From: a virus
Reading direction: 5' to 3' (one strand)
Length of the DNA stretch: 64,000 nt
Virus record (IMG/VR): IMGVR_UViG_3300031456_000001
Location: 21,080-85,079 of that record
Of the stretch, positions 36,950 to 47,231 are shown piece by piece (within the stretch, counting starts at the first letter, position 1; each line of letters opens with the position of its first letter). The position numbers and the translations under genes were made by a program. The notes below the pieces were generated by a model that was not told the origin of the DNA, did no database searches, and saw only the letters and a list, made by a program, of their open reading frames with translations.

Positions 36950-39376
36950 CTAGTCGCTGCTCGGCCCGACGAGGGACCGGCCGACGAGGCCCTCCCCGAC
37001 GATGCAGATGGGGTACGTGCGGCGCAACACGAGCTGCTGCGTGTAGTCGGCGCCCTTGCCGGCGTGTTTGACGCCCTGCAGCCGCCACAGGCCGCCGGTG
37101 GCGCCGGTCACCGCGTCCCGGGCCTCGACGAGGTCGCCGGGCTGCCGGCGCGGGTCGCCGGTGACGGTGACCCCGGTCGAGTCGTCGCCGACGGTGACGA
37201 CCGGCCGGCGCAGGTTGTCGAGCAGGTTCTGGGCGAACCGGCGGGCGGCGGCGTCCTGCTGCACCCCGGGCGCCGACGTCTCCAGGGCCCGCTCCCCGCG
37301 CGGGTTGATCACGTCGGTGGCGGTGACGTACATCGCGGTCTTCACCAGCGGGATGCCGGTCATGCACATGGCCGGCACGCTCTCGTCGTTGGCCAGGTAG
37401 AGCACGGCACCGGCGGTGTTGACGAACCGCACCGTGACCCCACCCGGGTCCCAGGCGGTCACGGTGACCGTCACGCCGGTGGTGTATTCGGTCCCGGTGC
37501 CGTCGGGCAGGGTGTTGAGGGTCACGTATGACGCCGAGGACGACAGCGCGTCGCCCGCGGCGAACACACCGCTGTCCAGGTTGATGGTGGGATACAGGTG
37601 CCCGACCGGGTTCGGGAAGGTGAACCGCACATCGGTGGTGCCGGGCGCGACGATCACGTCAACGCCGCTGGCCATCTCGAACGTCCGACGATATATCCCG
37701 GATTCCACCGAGTAGCTGGGGATCTCCAGCCTCGAATAACTGACCTTGATCGCGGTGCGGATCTTCGTGGGGTCGGCGTCGATGTCGAACTGGGCGGCGT
37801 TGAGGTCCGTGGCCAGCAGGTCGTCGATGACCTGCTGCGCATCCTGCACCCACCAGCCGAGCGGCAGGTATTCGAATGCGTCGCTCTCGTCGCAGCGCAT
37901 CATCGCCAGCTCGCTCTGCGCGTAGTCGGCGATGATCCTCCACGCCTCGCGGGGTTCCGTCTCGACGACCGCGTTCAGCTCGTTGCTGGACAGCTCGACC
38001 CGGGCCGTCGGCGCGAAGCTCGCGTCGTTCCTCCACAGTGGATAGTTGTCGACGTTGGCCTGTACGCCACTGGACAGGGTCAGTTCCGCGAAGGGCAGGT
38101 AGCTGAGCACGAACGGGCTGCCGTCGGTGCTGTACCACGAATCGTTGGGCGGGAACGCCGCCTGTGCCATCGTCAACGTCGTCGCTTCGACGGTGCCGTC
38201 GAGGTTGACCCAGAGCCGGTCGGTGACGCAGTCGTAGGCTGCGCCGACAAAATGCCAGCCGCCGTCGGTGGGCAGGGTGGCGGTCGACGTGAGGGTGCGG
38301 GTGTTCGCCCCGTCGTAGACGGTGACATACACCCGGCGGGCCGTATTGACACCGAGTTGTGCGTACGGGTTGCCGATGACCGTCGTGGTCAGCTGCATGC
38401 CGAACAGGCGGGAGACGGTGCCGGATCCGCCGGGGGCGTGGTTGACGTCGGCGCTGTCGCCTTTCACCCATGCTTCGAGCCGGGCGGCGCTGCCGGCCTG
38501 CGACAGTACGTCGGCCTCGCCGCCGCCGAGGGTACCCAACGGCAGCTCGGGCTGGTAGGCCCGCCGGGACAGGGTGGCGGTCAGCAGCAGGTCGGGCGCG
38601 GCCACGTAGGGTCCGTGGATCCAGTTCAGCTCGGTGGTGAAATCCCCGAGCGGCCCCCGGGTCGGGTCGATCTCCAGGACGCGCCACGTTTCGATGGCGC
38701 CGCTGAGGTTGTTGCCACCGGGGTAGCCGCCGTCGAGGAACCGCCACAGGCCGCCGTGCATCGGGCTGTACCAGACGGTGGCGCCCTCCCGAATGCCTGG
38801 GCCCGCGTTGATGCCGCACTGGAACAGGCACCAGGAGATGGGCCACGAGGCCCGCATCGCCGCCGCGTACGTCTGGACGACCGCGGGCGGCTGGACGAGC
38901 CGCATGAGGGCGAGCCGGGTGGCGGAGATCGTCTGCAGCTTCGCCGTCCCGCCCTTCACCGGCGTGTTGATCATCTGGCCGGTGAAGAGGCGGACGTACT
39001 CGGGGCCACTGGCGGTGACGAGACCCACATCGAGGGTGACCGGGGGCAGGTCCCGCTCGAAGCTGTAGACGGGGCTGTCGGTGCGCAGCGGCGACCAGTA
39101 GGCGGCGGCCGACATCGGCACCCCGCTGACCACGCGGCCGCCGAGATCGGCTTCGAGCTGCGGCACGCTGGCGCCGGAGACGAAACTGACCGTCCCCGGA
39201 TAGCCGTCGTCGAGGCTGTGCTCAACCGCCCAGGTTTCGCCGACCTGCGACGACAGGTCGTCGATGGTGCCGTCGCCGTCGTAGCCGTCGCCGGTCCAGT
39301 CGGTGCGCAGCCGGGGCGGCATCCAGGTGCGGTGGCTGACCGCGGCCGCGTCGAAGTCGCTGCTGGCGTCCTGCAT
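36950..39376 (-). CDS. Minor tail (hub-like) protein with LamG-like insert
   Basis: 808 aa; RLFTG; DGGWHFVGAAYD...LWVNLDG; DPRRQPGD. Confidence 0.8.
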   Translation of the reverse strand: MQDASSDFDAAAVSHRTWMPPRLRTDWTGDGYDGDGTIDDLSSQVGETWAVEHSLDDGYPGTVSFVSGASVPQLEADLGGRVVSGVPMSAAAYWSPLRTDSPVYSFERDLPPVTLDVGLVTASGPEYVRLFTGQMINTPVKGGTAKLQTISATRLALMRLVQPPAVVQTYAAAMRASWPISWCLFQCGINAGPGIREGATVWYSPMHGGLWRFLDGGYPGGNNLSGAIETWRVLEIDPTRGPLGDFTTELNWIHGPYVAAPDLLLTATLSRRAYQPELPLGTLGGGEADVLSQAGSAARLEAWVKGDSADVNHAPGGSGTVSRLFGMQLTTTVIGNPYAQLGVNTARRVYVTVYDGANTRTLTSTATLPTDGGWHFVGAAYDCVTDRLWVNLDGTVEATTLTMAQAAFPPNDSWYSTDGSPFVLSYLPFAELTLSSGVQANVDNYPLWRNDASFAPTARVELSSNELNAVVETEPREAWRIIADYAQSELAMMRCDESDAFEYLPLGWWVQDAQQVIDDLLATDLNAAQFDIDADPTKIRTAIKVSYSRLEIPSYSVESGIYRRTFEMASGVDVIVAPGTTDVRFTFPNPVGHLYPTINLDSGVFAAGDALSSSASYVTLNTLPDGTGTEYTTGVTVTVTAWDPGGVTVRFVNTAGAVLYLANDESVPAMCMTGIPLVKTAMYVTATDVINPRGERALETSAPGVQQDAAARRFAQNLLDNLRRPVVTVGDDSTGVTVTGDPRRQPGDLVEARDAVTGATGGLWRLQGVKHAGKGADYTQQLVLRRTYPICIVGEGLVGRSLVGPSSD

Positions 39377-39395
39377 CAGCCACCCCCGCCAATGA

Positions 39396-40931
39396 TCATG
39401 AGACGTCCTCCTGGAGAACGACGACCGGGCCGGCGCGCAGCTCCGGCGACAGGAACGGCCACGCCTCCGGCAGGCTCACCAGCCGGACCGGCCACACGCC
39501 GGTGCCGGGCGTCCACAGCGTGTCCGGGGCGCTGCCCTCGTTGAGCATGAACCGCCGGAAGTAGCCGATCGAGCCGATGGAGGCGCCGGAGGTGTAGTGC
39601 ACGTCCATGTCGGCGTACGCGGCCCCGACCGGCGCACTCGCGGTCGCGACGAGCTGCGTCCACGCGCCCGACGAGCTGGCCACCGGCGTGCCGGACGTCA
39701 CCGACCCGGTGAGCACCCCGGCGGCGTCCCGCCAGTACAGCCGGGGCGTGTAGGTGACGATCGCGTCGGTGCCGCCGCCGCGGACGTAGCAGGAGAAGCA
39801 CAGAGCCCGGCCGCTGACCACCGGGACGCCGGAGCCGAACGTGCTGCTCGGCCAGTCGACGGTGAGCGCGGAGGCGGCGATCGGGTCGGTGTTGTTGAAC
39901 GTCCAGGTGAGGCTGCGCGGCCCGGCGTCGCTGAACGTGCTGCTCGACCCGAGCCCCATGGCGGTGGGGGTGGCGCTGAAGTTGTCGACCAGGATGTTGA
40001 CGGTGCCGTTGCTGTTGCTCGTCTCCCGGCGGGCCCCGACGCCGGCCAGGTTCCCGGTGGTCAGCGACGCGTCGGTGCCGGTGCTCTGCCAGGTGAGGGG
40101 CGCCGTTCCCGTGGTGACGTTGTAGGCGTAGGCGCGCAGGGTCGTACCGGACAGGTCGAAGACGACCTGCCACGTGTCACCGGCGGCGTGCGCGGCGAGG
40201 GTGAAGTTCGCCCCCCCGGTGGTCAGCGCAAGGCTGCTGCCGGCCACCCGCTTGGTGATGCTGAGTGTGGTGCTGCCGCTGGCGGAGAAGTTCAGGGCGG
40301 CTTCGTAGTAGTTGCTGCTGTCGGTCCAGCGGCCGGGGACGCGCAGGATGATCGACGCGCCGGTCGCCACCACGGGCAGCGTGAACTGGGTGACGATCGT
40401 CTGGTTGGGGCATCCGGTGTCGACGGTGGCGTAATACAGGTTGTTGATGGTGACGGTGCTGATCTGGCCTGCGGTGCCGGTGGTGCTGTAGTGCGCGGCT
40501 GTCGACGTGATGGCCCAGGCGTGCCCGGATGTGGAGGTGCCGAAGCCGTTGGAGACGATGCCGCGGTTGAACGTGTCGGCCGGCGGCGTCTCGGTGACAG
40601 CAAACCCGGCAGCGTCGTTGGTGACGCTGGTTGCGCCGGACACGTTGGCGGGCAGCATGTTGCGCTGGCCGGGGTTGAGGAACGCGAACGGCCCGGGGCC
40701 TTCGTGGCCTTCGGCGAACGCCTGCATGATCGCGAAGTCCTCGCGGGTCAGCTGCTCGTAGTTGATCGTGTAGGTGCGGGCGCCGCCGACCATCTGGTCG
40801 ATGGCGTAGCCGCCGACGCCGAGTTCGAAGACGGAGATGCGCCGCTGCCGGGTGCCTTCGACGGTGCCTTTCGGGGACCGGATGGCGACGAGGCTGCCGG
40901 GGCGGCCCAGGTACATGCGGTTGTCGGTCAT
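39396..40931 (-). CDS. Distal tail-like protein with carbohydrate-binding inserts
   Basis: Coupled to the tape measure stop; CBM-like segment WTQLVATASAP.GAAYA. Confidence 0.72.
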   Translation of the reverse strand: MTDNRMYLGRPGSLVAIRSPKGTVEGTRQRRISVFELGVGGYAIDQMVGGARTYTINYEQLTREDFAIMQAFAEGHEGPGPFAFLNPGQRNMLPANVSGATSVTNDAAGFAVTETPPADTFNRGIVSNGFGTSTSGHAWAITSTAAHYSTTGTAGQISTVTINNLYYATVDTGCPNQTIVTQFTLPVVATGASIILRVPGRWTDSSNYYEAALNFSASGSTTLSITKRVAGSSLALTTGGANFTLAAHAAGDTWQVVFDLSGTTLRAYAYNVTTGTAPLTWQSTGTDASLTTGNLAGVGARRETSNSNGTVNILVDNFSATPTAMGLGSSSTFSDAGPRSLTWTFNNTDPIAASALTVDWPSSTFGSGVPVVSGRALCFSCYVRGGGTDAIVTYTPRLYWRDAAGVLTGSVTSGTPVASSSGAWTQLVATASAPVGAAYADMDVHYTSGASIGSIGYFRRFMLNEGSAPDTLWTPGTGVWPVRLVSLPEAWPFLSPELRAGPVVVLQEDVS

Positions 40932-43621
40932 CGCGTCGTCGTCCTCCCGGTGTTGACCCAGCCGTCGCGGGTGCGGCTGCCGACGGCGTTGGCGCTGGCC
41001 ACGGCGTCGGGGTTTTTGGCGATGTAGAGGGGGACGGCCTGGCGGATGCCTTCGCCGAGGTCGGCGACGAGGGTGGTGCCGCCGACGCTGACGTTGGGTG
41101 CGGCGACGTTGACGGTGGGGCTGAACCCGCCGGTGATCATGTTGGCGGTGGCGCCCAGGTACCGCTCGAAGCTCGGCTGGGTGTCCTGCATGCCCTTGAC
41201 GACGCCGGGCAGGATCCAGCGGCCCACCTCCATGCGCATCACCTTGGAGGGGCTGGAGATGCCGAGCGCACCGAGGAAGCCGTCTTTGATCTTCTGGGCG
41301 GCGCGTCGGGCCATGTCGACCGCCCACGACAGGGTGTCGGCAATGCCGTTGGCGAGGCCGTGCAGGACGTCCCGACCGGCGCCGTACAGCCACGAGCCGG
41401 CGCCGCTGAGCGCATTCTTCACCGCACCGGGGATACCGCGGATCCAGCCCATGACGGCGTTGAAGCCGTCGCTTGTGGCCCGCTTCGCCCAGTCCCACGC
41501 GGCGGAGATCTGCCCGCCGATGGCGGAACCGATCGACGACAGGGCGCCCCATGCCTGGCCGGGCAGCGCGCGCAGGTTGGCGACGCTGCGGGCGATGCTT
41601 TCCCTGGCGTAGTTGACGGCCCAGTCCCAGGCGCTGGAGATTGAGGTCATGATCGCCGAGCCGACCTGCGACATGAACGCCCACACCTGGCCGGGGAACG
41701 CCTGCAGGTTGGCGACGCTGCGGGCAATGCTCTCCTGGATGTAGCTGACCACCCAGTTCCAGCCGTCCCGGGCCCAGCCGGGGACGTCGGTGACGAAGAA
41801 TTTGTAGAGGAGGCCCCCGGCGTAGCCGACCATGTAGAAGAAGCTGTCGTAGATCCGCTGGGCCGCGGTGGAGATCATGCCGGGGATGCCCATGATGAAC
41901 GAGCCGATCCGGCCCGGCAGCGCACCCAGCCAGGCCAGGACGGCCCCGCCGCCGCTGACGATCGACGACCAGAGGCTGCTGAACCAGCCGCCGACTGCGG
42001 AGCCGACGTCGGAGAAGAAGCCGGCGATCGCTGACCACGCGGAGGCGACGGCGCCGGACACCGACCCCCACAGGTCGGCCGCCCACCGGCCGACGGCCCG
42101 GCCCATGTCGGCGATGTCGTGGCCCAGCTCCTTGAAGAAGGGGCCGATGCCGCGGACGAACGCGAACACGGCGTTGAGCGCCTTGTAGGCGCCGACGGTG
42201 GCGGCGATGAGGGCGACGAAGGCGTTGCCGGCCCAGTGCACCATCACGCCCAGGTTGTGCAGGGTTTCCTGACCCTCCTTGGACTTCAGGTACAGGTTGA
42301 CCTTGGCGATGGCGTCGGCCATGCCGTTGAGGGTGTCGGTGCCTTCGTCGCCGAACGAGCCGAGCAGGGTGACCGCGAACTCGCCGAGGCCGCGCAGGAC
42401 GGCCCACAGTTTCTTGCCGGTGTCCCAGGCGCGTTCCAGCCAGCCGTTGAGCTTGCCGTCGGATGAGATCTGGGTGAGCCAGCCGGCAAGGCTGGCGATG
42501 CCGTCACTCATGGCCCCGAAGAGTCGTTCAACCCACGGCAGGCTGGCCTGGACGAGATGGCCGATGCCGTCGAACAGCTGAATGAGCGTGGGGCCGAGCC
42601 GGTCGAGGATGCGCGCGGTTGCCGCGAACAGGTCGTTGATGCCCTGCACGGCCCGCGGTGTCGACAGCAGGCCCGCGAGTCCCGCCACGATGCGCCCGAG
42701 GGCGCCCGCCACGGTGGTCAGCCCCTTGCCAAGGGTGGGGATGAGCGCGGTGCCGAGCTTCGACAGCTGCCCGACGAGCGGCCCGAAAAAGGCGTCCTGC
42801 ACGGACGTCTTCAGGCCCTTGAACAGGGGTTTCAGGCCGACGATCTCCTTGGCGACCTTGCGCGCGTTGGGCGCCAGGCCCTTCAGGGCCTCGTTGAACT
42901 TGTCGACGTCGCCGGACAGGCCGGCGCCGACGGCCTCGCCGAAGCCTTTCAGGGCAATGACGAGGGGGGCGACCGCGGCGAGCAGAACTCCGATGGCACC
43001 GGGAATGAGGAGTAGCGCCGCGGAGAGCTGCAACAGTGCCCCGGCGAGGCCGAGGGCCAGGGGGATGAGCAGCGAGAAAGCGGCGATCGGCAGCACGCCG
43101 CCGATACCCCCGGCGACACTGCCGATCTGGGAGAACACGCTGGAAATGCTCTTGAACGCCTGCCCGGCCTGCTGCGCGCCGGTGCTGATCGCGTCGGCGA
43201 ACCCCGAAGCGAACGTGCTGAAGAATTTCGATGCGCTGGACATCAGGCCGGAGAACAGCCGGCCGGCGCCGCCACCGGAGCCGCCGGGGATGAGCGCACT
43301 CAGCAGGCCCTTGCCGCGCCCACGGCCGACGCTGCGGAACAGGTCCAGGAACCGACTGCTGATGCTGCGGCTGCCGGCGCGGACCTCCCGGTCGCCGTCC
43401 TCCATGAGCTGCTTGAACGGGTTGAGGGCCCGGAACTTGTCCATGAGGCCGGTGGAGAACTTGCGGCCGGACTCCTCGCCGGACTTGGCGAACGCCTTCT
43501 CCTCGGCGGCCAGCTCGCCGTCGACCTCTTTGAAGAAGCTCTTGACGTCTTTGAAGGCGCCGTCGGTGTCGGCCTCGATGTCGAGGTATCCCTGCGCGAT
43601 CTCGAAGCCCTTGCCGGCCAC
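40928..43621 (-). CDS. Tape measure protein
   Basis: 897 aa; Ala/Gly-rich with periodic W/F; LGISSPSKV; follows the chaperones. Confidence 0.93.
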   Translation of the reverse strand: MAGKGFEIAQGYLDIEADTDGAFKDVKSFFKEVDGELAAEEKAFAKSGEESGRKFSTGLMDKFRALNPFKQLMEDGDREVRAGSRSISSRFLDLFRSVGRGRGKGLLSALIPGGSGGGAGRLFSGLMSSASKFFSTFASGFADAISTGAQQAGQAFKSISSVFSQIGSVAGGIGGVLPIAAFSLLIPLALGLAGALLQLSAALLLIPGAIGVLLAAVAPLVIALKGFGEAVGAGLSGDVDKFNEALKGLAPNARKVAKEIVGLKPLFKGLKTSVQDAFFGPLVGQLSKLGTALIPTLGKGLTTVAGALGRIVAGLAGLLSTPRAVQGINDLFAATARILDRLGPTLIQLFDGIGHLVQASLPWVERLFGAMSDGIASLAGWLTQISSDGKLNGWLERAWDTGKKLWAVLRGLGEFAVTLLGSFGDEGTDTLNGMADAIAKVNLYLKSKEGQETLHNLGVMVHWAGNAFVALIAATVGAYKALNAVFAFVRGIGPFFKELGHDIADMGRAVGRWAADLWGSVSGAVASAWSAIAGFFSDVGSAVGGWFSSLWSSIVSGGGAVLAWLGALPGRIGSFIMGIPGMISTAAQRIYDSFFYMVGYAGGLLYKFFVTDVPGWARDGWNWVVSYIQESIARSVANLQAFPGQVWAFMSQVGSAIMTSISSAWDWAVNYARESIARSVANLRALPGQAWGALSSIGSAIGGQISAAWDWAKRATSDGFNAVMGWIRGIPGAVKNALSGAGSWLYGAGRDVLHGLANGIADTLSWAVDMARRAAQKIKDGFLGALGISSPSKVMRMEVGRWILPGVVKGMQDTQPSFERYLGATANMITGGFSPTVNVAAPNVSVGGTTLVADLGEGIRQAVPLYIAKNPDAVASANAVGSRTRDGWVNTGRTTTR

Positions 43622-43668
43622 CGGCGCCCCTCCCTTCGTTCACGTCGTGCTGCTCGCCTGCCCCGTGG

Positions 43669-43983
43669 TCAGCCGAACTCGATCATTCCTGCGGCCGCGG
43701 CCTCGGCGAAGCCGGGGATGGTGCCCAGTTCCCCCGCGGCGACCGGGATGATCTCCCGGCCGGTGAGGCCCTGCGCCTCCTTGCGTTGCTCCTTGTCGTA
43801 CAGCTCCCGTTCGGCGATGGCGCGGATGGCGCCGTGGTAGGCGGGGAGTCGGCGGGCGAAGCGGAAGAATTTCCCCGCCTCCATCTCCCACATGTTGTCG
43901 ATGCGGTGGACGGCCGACATGTCTGATTCAACGTCGTCGATGTAGTCGCGGACCCAGGCGATCTCCCCGATCCGCTCGGTCAG
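43669..43983 (-). CDS. Tail assembly chaperone, -1 frameshift extension (gpT-like)
   Basis: A AAA AAC at 43989-43983 leads into KLTERIGEIAWVRDY. Confidence 0.8.
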   Translation of the reverse strand: MTERIGEIAWVRDYIDDVESDMSAVHRIDNMWEMEAGKFFRFARRLPAYHGAIRAIAERELYDKEQRKEAQGLTGREIIPVAAGELGTIPGFAEAAAAGMIEFG

Positions 43984-44465
43984 TTTTTTGCAACCCCCTC
44001 CAACGCGCCCATGACCTTGACCATGACCTTGTTGAGCACGGCCTGGAGATCCTCGGGGCGGAGGCCCTTGAAGCCGACCAGGGCTTTCCAGCCGTCGTCG
44101 CCGATGACCGACTTGAGGAGGCGGCCGACGGCGACCCATTCGCTGTCGTGGGTGGCGGCGTCGAGGAACACCATGGCCAGGTGGGGGGTGAACTCGACCG
44201 GCACGCGGTATTCGACGCCGTCGAGGCTGAACAGCTTCTCCGTCTCGACCGGGTCGGCATCGCCGGTGTGGAAGTCGAGGTCCCCGTCGGGTGTCGGGGC
44301 CGCCTTGGCGGTCTCGTAGAAGTTGCGCAGCTCCGGCGGCACGTCGTCGAGGGCGGTGTGTCGCCGGGCGGGCGCCGCCTTCTTCACCGGCGCCCGCCTT
44401 GGCGTGGATGTGGTCTTCCCTGCGGTCTTCGCCGCGGCTTTCGTCGCGGTCCTGGCTGCCGGCAT
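43980..44465 (-). CDS. Tail assembly chaperone (gpG-like)
   Basis: Between major tail and tape measure genes; ends at a slippery site. Confidence 0.85.
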   Translation of the reverse strand: MPAARTATKAAAKTAGKTTSTPRRAPVKKAAPARRHTALDDVPPELRNFYETAKAAPTPDGDLDFHTGDADPVETEKLFSLDGVEYRVPVEFTPHLAMVFLDAATHDSEWVAVGRLLKSVIGDDGWKALVGFKGLRPEDLQAVLNKVMVKVMGALEGVAKN

Positions 44466-44531
44466 GGGGTTGCCTCCCTTTGGTGGAACGGTTTAGAGCT
44501 GCGTTACAGTAGCCATTCAGAGACCTGGATA

Positions 44532-45116
44532 TCAGGTCTCGTCGATGATCCTGAACGGGCTCACGGTGTCGCTCACGTAGTGGCTGGTGAATGTCGCCGG
44601 GACCAGGGTGAGCGAGTCCTTCTTGTAGGCCAGCTCGATGTTTTCCGTCGAGATCGCCTTACGCAGGATGATCCGGCGCCGCTTCGACACGCCCGCCGCG
44701 CTGGCCGGCGCGTAGCCGTCGAACAGCACCGCGAGGTAGACCGGCTGCAGCTCCGTGCCGTCGTACACCGGTTCGTAGTAGGAGTAGCCGGCGCCGGTGG
44801 TGATCGTGCCCGAGTTGAGGCCCAGCGTGAAGTTCTGCAGGGTCGCCTCAGCCAGGTTGGCCTGCACGCTGAGCTGCCGCTCGGTCATCTTCGTGCCGAC
44901 CCGGTCGGCGAGCTGGTCGACGCGCATCTCACTGAACGTCTGGTCGATGGTGACGGTGATGCCGTCGGAGGTGAAGCCGGTGTACGTCCACGCCGACGCC
45001 TGTGGCGCCGAGTTGACCGCGGCAAGGGCGGGCTCAAATGCTGCAGTAGCCGAGAAAAGGCCGGTATACATCCGACCCGCCCCCTGGATGACCTGGTAAG
45101 CCGCGCCGTTGGCCAT
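44532..45116 (-). CDS. Major tail protein
   Basis: VIQGAGRMY, W..TGFTSDGIT, LAEATLQN; position in module. Confidence 0.88.
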   Translation of the reverse strand: MANGAAYQVIQGAGRMYTGLFSATAAFEPALAAVNSAPQASAWTYTGFTSDGITVTIDQTFSEMRVDQLADRVGTKMTERQLSVQANLAEATLQNFTLGLNSGTITTGAGYSYYEPVYDGTELQPVYLAVLFDGYAPASAAGVSKRRRIILRKAISTENIELAYKKDSLTLVPATFTSHYVSDTVSPFRIIDET

Positions 45117-45177
45117 TAGTGTCCCCTTTCTCGGGGTGATTTATCTGCGCCAATGCGCAGCAATTCTTTTGACGCCA

Positions 45178-45681
45178 TCACGGCGTCACCGTCCAGGTGG
45201 TGCCGAGGCCGTGCCAGACGATCTCCACGTCGAAGCCCACGTGCGCGTAGTCGGCCGGATCGGCGGTGCGCCGGGCCGGGTCGGTGAGCGCCCGGAAGCC
45301 GGTGACGCGCACGTCCGGGTACCCGGTGGGCAGGCTGACCACGGCGTGCGTGTCGTGGGTCTCGGTGTCGAGGGTGGCGGCGATGATCAGCTCGGCGAGG
45401 TCGAAGGCTGCCGGCCACGGCGGGCGCTTGCTCTGGCCCTTCGAGGTGTAGATGTCGACGCTGGCCACGGAGGTGCGCAGCGGCACGTAGGGGCTGATCG
45501 TGCCGTCGATGCCGGACACCTGCACGAAGCCGGTGGTACCCCAGGTGAGCTTCCCGGTGTTCTCGTCGGGGCCCTGCAGGACCATGCCGACGGCGACGTC
45601 GTAGGCGGCGACCATGGCGCGCAGATATGCCGCGGCGACGATCTCGGGGTTGGCGCGTTTCGGCACCACGGGCGTGGTCAC
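45178..45681 (-). CDS. Tail terminator
   Basis: Upstream of the major tail gene; GTGA-coupled. Confidence 0.65.
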   Translation of the reverse strand: MTTPVVPKRANPEIVAAAYLRAMVAAYDVAVGMVLQGPDENTGKLTWGTTGFVQVSGIDGTISPYVPLRTSVASVDIYTSKGQSKRPPWPAAFDLAELIIAATLDTETHDTHAVVSLPTGYPDVRVTGFRALTDPARRTADPADYAHVGFDVEIVWHGLGTTWTVTP

Positions 45682-46070
45682 CGAACCGCCGCCCGGCCCA
45701 GCGCGCGCTTGCGGTACAGGGCGCGGCGCATGAAAAACGTGGGCCTGTTCCCCGGGTGCCAGACCTTGGGACCGAAGTACTCGCCGGTTTCGACATTGTG
45801 CAGTGACCAAGGGCCGTGGCTCTTGATCCAATGCGCTGGAGATCCATACTCTTGACTGTGCCAATGGTCCGTGCCGACGATGACGACGCCGTGCAGCCTG
45901 CCCGGATACCGGGTGCCGATGCTCTCGACGAGATCCCCGGAGTCGACCGGGCATTCGGAGATCGCATCCCGGGCGACCGCCTCGGTGATGATCTTGACCT
46001 GGGCGCCGACGTGGGCGAGGAACCAGGCGTCGAACTCCGGGTTGCGCCGGATGCGCGCCATCCTCACCAC
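45678..46070 (-). CDS. HK97 gp10-like neck protein
   Basis: CPVDSGDLVESI, EYGS..H, HPG..P.FFMRRAL. Confidence 0.8.
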   Translation of the reverse strand: MVRMARIRRNPEFDAWFLAHVGAQVKIITEAVARDAISECPVDSGDLVESIGTRYPGRLHGVVIVGTDHWHSQEYGSPAHWIKSHGPWSLHNVETGEYFGPKVWHPGNRPTFFMRRALYRKRALGRAAVR

Positions 46071-46113
46071 CCCCTCTGCGGGTTGCGGCCTACCCTGCCG
46101 CCGGTCTGCCCGG

Positions 46114-46154
46114 CGTCACACCGTATGTCAATATTCGAACGTATGTTCGGATAT
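46114..46154 (-). promoter_or_regulatory. LexA-like SOS box next to a cassette copy
   Basis: TCGAAC-GTAT-GTTCGG at 46135-46150; TTGACATACGGTGTGAC on (-) from 46131. Confidence 0.6.
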
Positions 46155-46161
46155 CTGGTGA

Positions 46162-46500
46162 TCAGGTTACACGCTGCAGGTCAGCGCGCGTAGAGGCCAA
46201 TCCGACGTGCCCGCGGGGCTTCACGTCGGTGGTGACGTAGAACAGCTCGCCGGTGCGCTCGTCGCGGAACCGGTCGCCCTTGCGCAGGTCCAGGACCCGC
46301 CACAGGCGCAGCGTGTACCGGCGGGGCGTGTCGCTGCGCCCCGAGGCGGGGCGGCCGCCGGTGGCCGGCAGCTCCAGGATCGAGGCGGGCACCCCGCTGG
46401 CGATCACCTCCTCGGTGTCGACGCCGTCGCCGTACTCCTCGTAGGCGTCCCGGGCGATGCCGCGTAGCTGGCTGACGGTAGTGGTGGCGGTGAAGCTCAC
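46162..46500 (-). CDS. Head-to-tail stopper
   Basis: EYGD, VPASI, DLRKGDRF; position in module. Confidence 0.65.
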   Translation of the reverse strand: MSFTATTTVSQLRGIARDAYEEYGDGVDTEEVIASGVPASILELPATGGRPASGRSDTPRRYTLRLWRVLDLRKGDRFRDERTGELFYVTTDVKPRGHVGLASTRADLQRVT

Positions 46501-46742
46501 GAGATCACCGGCCGTTCCACGGCGGCCGGGTGCGCCCGGTCTGCGCGGGCCTCGTCGCGGGCCTGCGTCAGGTGGTCGCACCTCGGGCAGGCGCACACCG
46601 CCGGGCAGTACTTGCAGTGCGGCGGGCCGAAATCGCCGCGGGCGAGCTGCTTGACGCCGCACTGCCGGTGCTGGCCGTGCTGGCAGGCCGTCGAAATGTA
46701 GGCGTGGGCCTCCCCGTCGGCCAGCAGGTGCGGGGCGGTCAC
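46497..46742 (-). CDS. Small Cys/His-rich protein
   Basis: YISTACQHGQHRQC...CKYC...CACPRCDH; coupled on both sides. Confidence 0.6.
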   Translation of the reverse strand: MTAPHLLADGEAHAYISTACQHGQHRQCGVKQLARGDFGPPHCKYCPAVCACPRCDHLTQARDEARADRAHPAAVERPVIS

Positions 46743-47209
46743 CGGGAGCCTGCCGGCGGCGAGGCGCCGAACGGCAGCGCACTCCACTCGTACTGGTCGT
46801 CACGGACCGCGGAGTCCCGGTTGCCGTTGTCTGGGACGCGCCGTCGCGACCAGTTGCCCCGGCCGACCCGGATCTGGTGCTTCCACGACAGCCGGGCCAG
46901 GCACCGCGCGGCCAAGGGGGCCAACAGGTGGGCGTTGGCGCTGGCGTACTGCGCGCTGAGCCCGTCCTGGGAGATGCCCTCGACGTCCATCGCGTCGAGG
47001 ACGTCGGGGTGGGAGTCCAGCCAGGCGCCCTGGAACGCGACGGCCTGCTGCAGCAGCCGCAGGTTCCGGCTGGACACCATCTCGTCCTCGGACGCGAACT
47101 CCGTCGTCCCGGCGAACAGCTCGATGATCACCTGCGCGAGGTTGAGCGCCCCCGGGGTGACCTCGCGCATGGTGATGTCGAATGCCTCTTCGACCGTTGC
47201 CCAGGCCAT
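46739..47209 (-). CDS. Head-to-tail adaptor
   Basis: MAWAT.EE, LQQAVAFQ, LAPLA..CL. Confidence 0.7.
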   Translation of the reverse strand: MAWATVEEAFDITMREVTPGALNLAQVIIELFAGTTEFASEDEMVSSRNLRLLQQAVAFQGAWLDSHPDVLDAMDVEGISQDGLSAQYASANAHLLAPLAARCLARLSWKHQIRVGRGNWSRRRVPDNGNRDSAVRDDQYEWSALPFGASPPAGSR

Positions 47210-47231
47210 CGCGGCCCCCGTCCTGTCGTGG

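Noticed and set aside
36410-40931. Diversity-generating retroelement acting on tail genes
   Set aside because: No reverse transcriptase and no template/variable repeat pair seen
43980-43991. Tail assembly chaperone -1 frameshift as a novelty
   Set aside because: Well supported but a standard siphophage feature; listed under features
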